A DNA stretch of 13,530 bases from the NCBI GenBank assembly GCA_038826135.1, contig JAWBON010000032.1:1-13530 (forward strand), read 5' to 3'. The notes beneath the pieces were generated by a model, which was not told the DNA's origin, searched no databases, and saw only the letters and a program-made list of their open reading frames with translations. This DNA comes from Candidatus Odinarchaeota archaeon. GTDB lineage: Archaea; Asgardarchaeota; Odinarchaeia; Odinarchaeales; Odinarchaeaceae. Each line of letters starts with the position of its first letter. Position 1 is the first letter of the stretch. The position numbers and the translations under genes were made by a program. Shown here piece by piece: positions 1 to 6,949 of the stretch.

Positions 1-2
1 CT

Positions 3-1253
3 CTGAGGACAGGTGACGTTGTATACTTAGTTAACCAGAAAAAAGAGGAACGGATTAAACGGCTGGGTTTAATGGAGATAACTGATATACTAGACTGTGA
101 AAGTGTACCCGCTGGGAACCTGTTCGCAGTATTCGGTTTTATTACACCCGCTGGTGAAACCTTTATTCAACCAGGTTCATCTATTCCTCCTTTCGAGGAG
201 ATAACATATGTAGCTGAACCTGTAGTTAGTAAGAGTATAAAACCTGTTGATCCGCAGGATTTAGCTAGACTAGGAGATGTTGTATCTAAGTGGATTATGG
301 CTGATCCTACCGCTGAATTTAAATTTAACCAGGAGAGCGGCGAATACATTCTTAGCGGTATTGACCCTCTTCAAATAGAGATATTAACTAAAAGAATAAA
401 CGATCAGGTTCCGATAAATGTAAGCCCGCCTGTAATAGTGTACCGGGAGAAAGCTATAAAACAGGGTGTAGAAATACACACTAAGTCTCCGAACGGCCAT
501 AACCGTATAAAACTTTACATTGAACCTTTAGATGATACTACAGTGGAGCTTATAAAGAAAGGTGAGGTGACAGCGGATCAGGATCCTAGAGCCAGAGGAG
601 ACATACTTAGAGTGAAAGCTCACTGGGATGCGAAACTGGTTAGAAAAATATGGGATGTTTATGGTACAAATATTTTCATCGATAATACTAGTGGCGTTCA
701 GAGACTTGAACGGATAAAATCGTATATTATCTCTATTTTCAGAGATTTTATCAATGGCGGTACACTTGCTAAAGAGCCTGTGATGAATCTTAAAGTTATT
801 ATGACTGATGCGACTGTTCACGTTGACCCGGCTCACACAGGCTATCATGAAATAGCTGGGATGGTCTCCTCCGCTCTTAACATCAGCTTTTTAAGCGGTG
901 AACCTAAACTTTATGAACCTATTCTTAAAGTTAACATTAAAACACCTCTCGGAACTGAAGGCGAGATTATTAAGGTGATTAACAAGCATAGGGGTCAGGT
1001 TATTAACATGGAGACGGAGGAGGATACTGCTGTTATAACCGCTTCAATCCCAACCGCTGAAACACTTGGAATAGCTGACGAGTTTAGAAGTGCAACGTCC
1101 GGAAAAGCATTCTTCGGATACGAGTTTACCGGATTTCAACCTCTACCTGAAAATCTCCAGGTCTCTAAGATACTTGATATTCGGAAGAGGAAGGGGCTTT
1201 CAGAAGAACTTCCGTCTGTCAAGTCTTGGGAGAGATTCATATATAAAATGTAA
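3..1253 (+). CDS. Archaeal elongation factor 2 paralog (aEF-2p-like), 5'-truncated; domains II (part) to V
   Basis: The frame is open from position 3 (LRTGDVVYLVNQKKEERIKRLGLM), so ATG72 is internal. EF-2 landmarks: EPVVSKSIKPVDPQDL, DPT..NQESGEYILSG, PPVIVYRE, SPNGHNRI, KEPV, LYEPI, RGQV, FRSATSGKA, IRKRKGL. Divergent at the domain III motif (SGIDPLQ vs SGMGELH) and the diphthamide loop (HVDPAHTG vs HxDxxHRG). Confidence 0.9.
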   Translation: MRTGDVVYLVNQKKEERIKRLGLMEITDILDCESVPAGNLFAVFGFITPAGETFIQPGSSIPPFEEITYVAEPVVSKSIKPVDPQDLARLGDVVSKWIMADPTAEFKFNQESGEYILSGIDPLQIEILTKRINDQVPINVSPPVIVYREKAIKQGVEIHTKSPNGHNRIKLYIEPLDDTTVELIKKGEVTADQDPRARGDILRVKAHWDAKLVRKIWDVYGTNIFIDNTSGVQRLERIKSYIISIFRDFINGGTLAKEPVMNLKVIMTDATVHVDPAHTGYHEIAGMVSSALNISFLSGEPKLYEPILKVNIKTPLGTEGEIIKVINKHRGQVINMETEEDTAVITASIPTAETLGIADEFRSATSGKAFFGYEFTGFQPLPENLQVSKILDIRKRKGLSEELPSVKSWERFIYKM

Positions 1254-1270
1254 TTTTCCTATTTAAGAGG

Positions 1271-1702
1271 TTGATTTACACGGTTAGAAATGAGGCTGTA
1301 GCCGCGCTCGCAGGCGGATTAATCGGTTTCGGAGACCCGCTTATAAAAATTAGCATGGAGGCGGCTGGCCTTACTAATTTTTTATTCTATGATATTCTAA
1401 GCTGGGTTCCGCTTATTCTTAACTGGCATTTTCTACTAGGCATGAGCATGGCTTTAATCGGTAGCATAATCTATGTTGTAGCTTTAGCTAATGGTAAAGC
1501 CTCTATAATTAACCCTCTCTCCGGCGGAGCATCATATATAACAATAGTTATCCTGTCAAGTATTTTTCTAGGTGAAGCCGTCACTGTTCCGAAAACTATC
1601 GGAATATTTATCATCATAATAGGCATCTACCTGTTAAGCCATCTCTCTTCACCAAGTAAGTCACTGAATGTGCGAGATAAAAAATTAGAGGAGAATAGTT
1701 AA
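1271..1702 (+). CDS. Small 4-TM DMT/EamA-superfamily membrane protein (first of a pair)
   Basis: 143 aa with four hydrophobic segments and a DMT signature (ALANGKASIINPL..ITIVILSSIFLGEAVT..KTIGIFIIIIGIYLL). TTG start preceded by AAGAGG; the exact start is uncertain. Confidence 0.8.
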   Translation: MIYTVRNEAVAALAGGLIGFGDPLIKISMEAAGLTNFLFYDILSWVPLILNWHFLLGMSMALIGSIIYVVALANGKASIINPLSGGASYITIVILSSIFLGEAVTVPKTIGIFIIIIGIYLLSHLSSPSKSLNVRDKKLEENS

Positions 1703-2094
1703 TGTTTCAATTAGAGAATCTTTTAGTGAGTGTACTGTTAGCGGTAGCCGCTTCTGCGATATTCGGTGTAGCTACACCTCTATTTAAGAAGGCTACGATG
1801 ACTGTTGGAGAGATAAGAGTTCACGAGTTTAAACAGGATTTCAGCGGGAATGTTAAAAAACTTCTTAACAAGTATATGGCTGTAGCAATAATTCTTCAAT
1901 TATCCGCCTGGCTGATATTCTTGATGGCGATATCCAGATACCAGATAAGTATAATAGTACCGGTTTTATCTACCACATATATTTTCGCAGCATTCTACTG
2001 TAATCGTTTTCTTAAAGAGAAGCTAACTTGGAAGGAAATACTAGGTATTCTAATAATAATCGTCGGTGTGGTTGTTTTAACGTTTCCATTTTAA
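1702..2094 (+). CDS. Small 4-TM DMT/EamA-superfamily membrane protein (second of a pair)
   Basis: 130 aa with four TM segments and an EamA-like C-terminus (ISIIVPVLSTTYIFAAF..FLKEKLTWKEILGILIIIVGVVVL). Start overlaps the previous stop (TAATG, 1700-1704). Confidence 0.85.
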   Translation: MFQLENLLVSVLLAVAASAIFGVATPLFKKATMTVGEIRVHEFKQDFSGNVKKLLNKYMAVAIILQLSAWLIFLMAISRYQISIIVPVLSTTYIFAAFYCNRFLKEKLTWKEILGILIIIVGVVVLTFPF

Positions 2095-2135
2095 CATTAA
2101 TAAACAAGTATAATAAAAGTCTGGTTTAACGGGGA

Positions 2136-2166
2136 TTAAACATTTTCAGTTTTAAACATTTCAGTT
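2136..2166 (+). repeat. Imperfect tandem direct repeat TTAAACATTT(T)CAGTT x2
   Basis: TTAAACATTTTCAGTT at 2136-2151 is followed directly by TTAAACATTTCAGTT at 2152-2166, differing by one T. It lies in the intergenic region upstream of the acyl-CoA synthetase. Confidence 0.7.
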
Positions 2167-2344
2167 AGATTATCTAATAAGTCAACTGGTTAATATATGA
2201 TTAAGCTAAAACTTGTTGAAGATAACTTTTCCAAACTGTATTAAAAATATTAGTTACAGGTTTCACTAAATAAATTTTAAGTTTAACACTGAAGTTTTTC
2301 AAGCCGAAACTTCTATAAGTATCCCGTTTGAAATAACCATACAA

Positions 2345-4471
2345 GTGATGGTGAACATGCCTGACTCCGACACAACTCTTAAAACACTTTTTAACCCTGC
2401 ATCGGTTTGTATAATAGGTGCTTCCGCTAAGCCTGGTAAACTAGGCTACAATATTTTGGATAATATTATCAAATACGGGTTTAAAGGTAGGATTTACCCT
2501 GTTAACCCTAACTACCAGACTATTTTAGACCACCCCGTTTTTCCAAGTGTAAACGCGGTACGGGATGAAATAGACTTAGCTGTTGTAGCAATACCGGCTG
2601 ACAGCGTCTTGGATGTGGTTGAGGAGTGTGGTGTTAATCGTGTTAAGAACATAGTTGTGATCTCAGCGGGGTTTAAAGAGACAGGTAAAGAGGGGGCTGA
2701 AAGAGAGCGTGTTCTTAAAGAAATATGCAGTAAATATGGGATGAGGCTGTTAGGCCCTAATTGTTTAGGTGTTATAGACACGTTTACTCCTCTAAACGCG
2801 TCTTTCTCAGCTCAGATGCCTCTTAAAGGTAATATAGCGTTTATCTCTCAATCCGGGGCTTTAGGGACAGCTATACTAGACTGGTCTTTTAAGAATAGAA
2901 TAGGCTTCAGTAAAGTTATAAGTTTAGGTAATAAAGCGGATCTTGATGAATCTGATTTTATACTAGCTTTATCCGAGGATGTTAACACGAAAGTTATATT
3001 GTTATATATTGAAGATGTGAAGAACGGCAACCGGTTTGTTAAATCTCTTACAAAAGTTGTTAAGAAAAAACCTGTGCTTGTTTTAAAATCCGGTTCGTCA
3101 GCAGCCGGTCAGAGAGCCGCTGTCTCCCACACAGGCTCCCTTGCTGGTAGCAATATAGCTTATGAAACCGTGTTTAAACAGTTCGGGGCTTTACAGGTTA
3201 ACACAATATCAGATTTATTTAATTATGCTAAAGTATTCTCCACACAGCCAACTCCCAAAGATAATTCTGTTTGTATTTTAACCAACGCGGGAGGCCCTGG
3301 CATTATAGCTACAGACGCGTGTGAGAAACATGGTTTAAAACTCGCTCAACTTCAACCTGAAACTTTGAATGCTCTCAGAGAATGTTTACCGTTAAACGCT
3401 TCTATATATAATCCTATTGACATCTTAGGGGATGCTCAACCTGATAGGTATTATAAGGCTTTAGAAGTACTTGCGGATGATATTGGTATCAGCTCTCTGA
3501 TTATTATTCTAACCCCTCAAGCGACTACTAAACCTACTGAAACAGCTGTTGAACTAGTTAAACTTATAGTTAAAATAGGTAAACCTGTTGCAGCTGCTAT
3601 AATGGGCGGGGAGCAGGTGGCTGAGGCTAAAAGGATCCTGTCAGATAATAATATTCCTGTTTTCAGTTTTCCAGAGGATGCTGTTGAAAGCATATCTGCT
3701 TTAGTTCGTTATCAATTTATAGTTGGGAAGAAGGTGCCGCATAAAAAATTCAAGGTTAAGGTTGATAGAAAACCTGTGGAGGAGATAATTCAAAAAGTTT
3801 TAGGTGAAAACAGGCGGACTCTGCTTGGGGGTGAAGCGTGTAAGATTCTTTCCTTTTACGGTGTTAAAACTCCTAAAGTATTTTTAGCCACGAACAGTGA
3901 TGAAGCGTGCGACGCCGCTGCTAGAATAGGTTACCCTGTAGCTTTGAAAATAGCTTCACCTGATATAATCCATAAATCCGATGTGGGTGGTGTGGCTTTA
4001 AATGTGAAATCTGATGAGGATGTTAGAAAAATCTTCGTCGGGATGATTTCCAGCGCGCATAAACTTTTCCCCACAGCTAGAATATACGGTGTTGAAGTTT
4101 ATGAACAGGTTGATAAAGGCAGAGAGATAATAATCGGTGTCAACAGAGATCTTCAATTCGGGCATTTATTAATGTTCGGATTGGGAGGAGTATACGTTAA
4201 CTTTCTGAGAGATGTCTCCTTCAGACTCATACCTGTGAATGTTAGGGATGTAGATGAGATGATCAGAGAGACGAAAGTTTATAATTTGCTTAAGGGAGTG
4301 AGGGGGGAGCCTTCTTCCGATATAAAAGAATTGGTTGAGACGATTTTAACAATATCACAGTTAGTGGAGGACTTCCCTGTAATCTCAGAGTTGGATATTA
4401 ATCCCATATTCGTCTATAATAAGGGGAAAGGATGCATAGCTGTTGATGTTAAAATGTCTTTATATACTTGA
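2345..4471 (+). CDS. acdAB: ADP-forming acyl/acetyl-CoA synthetase, fused alpha-beta (ACD)
   Basis: CoA-binding LFNPASVCIIGAS..PGKLG, GPNCLG, SQSGALG, SLGNKADL, phospho-His SHTGSLAG, TNAGGPG, NPIDILGDA, then an ATP-grasp beta domain (GYPVALK, HKSDVGGV, FGLGGVYV, ELDINP). No GNAT domain, so not PatZ/YfiQ. The start may be 2345, 2348 or 2357. Confidence 0.93.
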   Translation: MMVNMPDSDTTLKTLFNPASVCIIGASAKPGKLGYNILDNIIKYGFKGRIYPVNPNYQTILDHPVFPSVNAVRDEIDLAVVAIPADSVLDVVEECGVNRVKNIVVISAGFKETGKEGAERERVLKEICSKYGMRLLGPNCLGVIDTFTPLNASFSAQMPLKGNIAFISQSGALGTAILDWSFKNRIGFSKVISLGNKADLDESDFILALSEDVNTKVILLYIEDVKNGNRFVKSLTKVVKKKPVLVLKSGSSAAGQRAAVSHTGSLAGSNIAYETVFKQFGALQVNTISDLFNYAKVFSTQPTPKDNSVCILTNAGGPGIIATDACEKHGLKLAQLQPETLNALRECLPLNASIYNPIDILGDAQPDRYYKALEVLADDIGISSLIIILTPQATTKPTETAVELVKLIVKIGKPVAAAIMGGEQVAEAKRILSDNNIPVFSFPEDAVESISALVRYQFIVGKKVPHKKFKVKVDRKPVEEIIQKVLGENRRTLLGGEACKILSFYGVKTPKVFLATNSDEACDAAARIGYPVALKIASPDIIHKSDVGGVALNVKSDEDVRKIFVGMISSAHKLFPTARIYGVEVYEQVDKGREIIIGVNRDLQFGHLLMFGLGGVYVNFLRDVSFRLIPVNVRDVDEMIRETKVYNLLKGVRGEPSSDIKELVETILTISQLVEDFPVISELDINPIFVYNKGKGCIAVDVKMSLYT

Positions 4472-4491
4472 AAAAAACTATAGGTGATAGT

Positions 4492-5553
4492 ATGAAATCT
4501 CTATTTGTAACCTCTTGGGAGGGATTCTCCGGTAAAACAGCTTTCATATTAGGTTTCTCGCAAATATTAGTGGAGCATGGATTTAAGGTAAGCTATTTTC
4601 GCCCTGTAGGTAGACCTCAAACCTCCGTTACAGAGGGGCTTATCGACCCGGATGTTTTATTGATGAAAGAAGCTTTACAACTATCTTTCCCTGTCAGTGA
4701 ACTGGCCCCTATCTTAATAGAACCGAATTATTTGAGCATCTACGCTAATAAAGATGTGGAAGCGGTGAAGGCTAAAATCTTAGAGCAGTATACTAAGATA
4801 GCTAGTAAATCAGATTTAATAATGGTTGAGGGCGGGCTTTCACCTGAAACCATGACCGCGTTCAACTTAAATAATATAGATGTCGCTGGATTTTTAAATT
4901 CAAAAGTTCTGATCATCTCCGGCGGTGTCAGTGATAATTCTATAGAGAAAATACTATTTTATAAAAATATTTTTGATATGAGAGGGATACCATTTGTGGG
5001 GGCTGTTTTAAACCAGGTACCACCGCACATGGTTGATAAGGCTAGAAACGAGTATTCTAAAATACTTAATAGTAGGGGTGTTAAAGTGTGGGGTGTAATA
5101 CCCCGAAACTATGAGATAACTTCTCCAACCGTTAGAGAAGTCTTAGAATTATTAGAAGGTGATGTGCTCGTTAACGGTGATGTTAACAGGATTATTGGAA
5201 ACATATTCATAGGTGCTATGCAAACCGAGTCTTCTCTAAGATATTTCAGAAGGTCTGAGAATAACGCTATTATAACAGGCGGGGATAGGCCTGATATTAT
5301 ATCAGCCGCTGTGGAGACGAATGCTTCTGTAATAATTCTAACAGGGAATCTAAGACCCACAGAACAGGTGTTGGTTAAGGCTGAGGAGAAAAATATCACG
5401 GTTATAATGGTTCCCCAAGACACTTATACCACTGTTAAAATTCTTGAGTCTCTTACAGGTAAAATCCGCCCATCTGACAGTTACAGAATAAATTTAACTA
5501 AGAAAATGGTGGCTGAGTATATTCCTTGGAGAGAACTTTACGCAGCTATTTAG
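4492..5553 (+). CDS. Phosphotransacetylase N-terminal-like protein (BioD-like/AAA_26 + DRTGG), no Pta catalytic domain
   Basis: SLFVTS..GFSGKT, YFRPVG, MVEGG, GAVLNQVP, IGAM, IITGGDRPD, ILTGNL. The protein ends after the DRTGG domain. ATG4492 has RBS AGGTGA at 4482-4487 and is preferred over the TTG4468 in the ORF track. Confidence 0.88.
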   Translation: MKSLFVTSWEGFSGKTAFILGFSQILVEHGFKVSYFRPVGRPQTSVTEGLIDPDVLLMKEALQLSFPVSELAPILIEPNYLSIYANKDVEAVKAKILEQYTKIASKSDLIMVEGGLSPETMTAFNLNNIDVAGFLNSKVLIISGGVSDNSIEKILFYKNIFDMRGIPFVGAVLNQVPPHMVDKARNEYSKILNSRGVKVWGVIPRNYEITSPTVREVLELLEGDVLVNGDVNRIIGNIFIGAMQTESSLRYFRRSENNAIITGGDRPDIISAAVETNASVIILTGNLRPTEQVLVKAEEKNITVIMVPQDTYTTVKILESLTGKIRPSDSYRINLTKKMVAEYIPWRELYAAI

Positions 5554-6817
5554 TTTTTTGAAGTTCTTTAATTATTTTCTCAGCAACATCCACTCTTATT
5601 TTACCGATTTTAATAAGCTCCTCAACCACCCGATCTATAATATCCTCTCCCGCGCCGGCTGTAATCGCTATGTTTCTAGCGTGGAGCCTCATATGCCCTC
5701 TCTGAATTCCTTCAGTTGCTAAAGCCCTAATAGCCGCGAAATTCTGAGCTAAACCTAATGCAGCTGCAACCTCTCCTAATTCATTAGCGGTTTTCACATT
5801 CAAGATTTTTATTGCAAGCTGAGCTATAGGGTGAACTTTAGTAGCCCCGCCGACTAAGCCCACAGCCATAGGCAGTTCTATCGAACCTACTAAATTCCCT
5901 TCAACATCTTTCTCCCATCTTGTTAAAGGCTTATAACCACCGTTTAAAGCAGCGTATGCGTGAGCGCCAGCTTCAACAGCTCTTGTATCATTACATGTTG
6001 CCAGCATTAAAGCAGTTATACCGTTCATAATACCTTTATTATGTGTAGCGCATCTGAATACATCCGCTTCAGCGAACGCGTACGCGTCGATTATTTTATC
6101 CACAACATCTTCACCACCAAGAGCCTCTTTATCAAATGTTGCTTTAGCCCTTGATAAACGGTAAACTGCAAGATTTGAAATAATCCTTAAACCAACTCTG
6201 CCCCCTGTGATCTGGGATACTTTATCAGTAAGCGCCTCACACATAGTGTTGACAGCATTAGCACCCATAGCATCTCGAGTATCAACTAATAGATGAATGA
6301 TAAGCATGGGGCCTCTCGCAGAGTCAAGTACTCTGACAACAACATCTTTAGCACCTCCCCCAAACCTGTTTAGAACAGGATCCTGCTCATTAGCTATTCT
6401 AAGCAGTTCTGCTTTATTATTTAAAAGCTCAACTCTCTTAGCATACGGGTCTCTTACTCCGAGAATTTGAATCTGACCTATCATAACAGGGTCGGTGCTA
6501 TTTGTGTAGAAACCGCCTCGAATCCTAGCGAGTTTAGCAGCATTAGAAGCAGCTGCTACAACAGAAGGCTCCTCTATAGCCATTGGGATAAGATAGTCTC
6601 GACCGTTAATAAGAAAGTTAACGGCTATACCTAAAGGTATTCTCGTAGTCCCTATAACATTTTCAATCATTTTATCAGCGACGCTTGTAAGCGGGTCATC
6701 CACGTCGCCGAGTGTCTCTAAATCTTTATCTGTTAATCCAGCGAAATTTTTAACAAGTTCTCTTCGCTGAGTAATCTTTAACTTGTAGAATCCGCTTATA
6801 TTCGAAGTCTTCTCCAA
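5546..6817 (-). CDS. mvaA: HMG-CoA reductase, class II (bacterial/degradative type)
   Basis: ENVIG, PMAIEEPSVVAAAS (catalytic Glu), DAMGAN, ATHNKGIMNG (Lys), NDTRAVEAGAHAYA (Asp), GIQRGHMRLH (His). A TTG start at 6817 (MEKTSNISGFYKL) with upstream AAGGTGG is preferred over the 6832 start. Confidence 0.95.
   Translation of the reverse strand: MEKTSNISGFYKLKITQRRELVKNFAGLTDKDLETLGDVDDPLTSVADKMIENVIGTTRIPLGIAVNFLINGRDYLIPMAIEEPSVVAAASNAAKLARIRGGFYTNSTDPVMIGQIQILGVRDPYAKRVELLNNKAELLRIANEQDPVLNRFGGGAKDVVVRVLDSARGPMLIIHLLVDTRDAMGANAVNTMCEALTDKVSQITGGRVGLRIISNLAVYRLSRAKATFDKEALGGEDVVDKIIDAYAFAEADVFRCATHNKGIMNGITALMLATCNDTRAVEAGAHAYAALNGGYKPLTRWEKDVEGNLVGSIELPMAVGLVGGATKVHPIAQLAIKILNVKTANELGEVAAALGLAQNFAAIRALATEGIQRGHMRLHARNIAITAGAGEDIIDRVVEELIKIGKIRVDVAEKIIKELQKTK
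5554..5559 (+). terminator. Possible oligo-T terminator of the acd-DRTGG unit
   Basis: A T6 run directly after TAG 5551-5553; archaeal intrinsic terminators are often oligo-T. It is short and lies within the antisense HMGR coding region, so it may be chance. Confidence 0.3.
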
Positions 6818-6832
6818 ATAATCCACCTTCAA

Positions 6833-6949
6833 AAATATTGTGTAAAATAATTATTATATCCATTATTCCGCTATAAAAAAACTTTTCTACTAGGTATTTT
6901 AAATAAAATTTATAAAAAGGGTTGTCCGATTGATTTTAGAGGTTTTTTC
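6833..6949. promoter_or_regulatory. Divergent promoter region between the HMGR gene and the hydrolase gene
   Basis: AT-rich gap with a TATA-like TTTATAAA at 6909-6916 preceded by an A-rich tract, and an RBS-like AGAGGT at 6938-6943 before ATG6950. Confidence 0.5.

Noticed and set aside
72-74. ATG72 as the start of a truncated 393 aa EF-2-like protein lacking the G domain
   Set aside because: The frame is open to the window edge with EF-2 domain II-like sequence, so this is a window artefact.
167-848. Minus-strand ORFs 167-349 and 528-848
   Set aside because: Antisense shadows of the EF-2 paralog with no recognisable motifs or RBS.
2136-2166. Tandem repeat as a CRISPR remnant or replication-origin box
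   Set aside because: Only two adjacent 15-16 bp copies with no spacer, no ORB G-string, and no cas or cdc6 gene nearby.
2197-2244. 15-codon ORF MIKLKLVEDNFSKLY in the acd upstream region
   Set aside because: No convincing RBS, and ORFs this short are expected by chance.
2512-5423. Minus-strand ORFs 2512-2781, 2848-3030 and 5109-5423
   Set aside because: Ser/Thr-rich antisense shadows inside well-supported genes.
4492-5553. Functional phosphotransacetylase (Pta-Ack pathway)
   Set aside because: The catalytic PTA_PTB domain is absent and the ORF ends cleanly after DRTGG, with no frameshifted continuation because HMGR occupies the downstream sequence.
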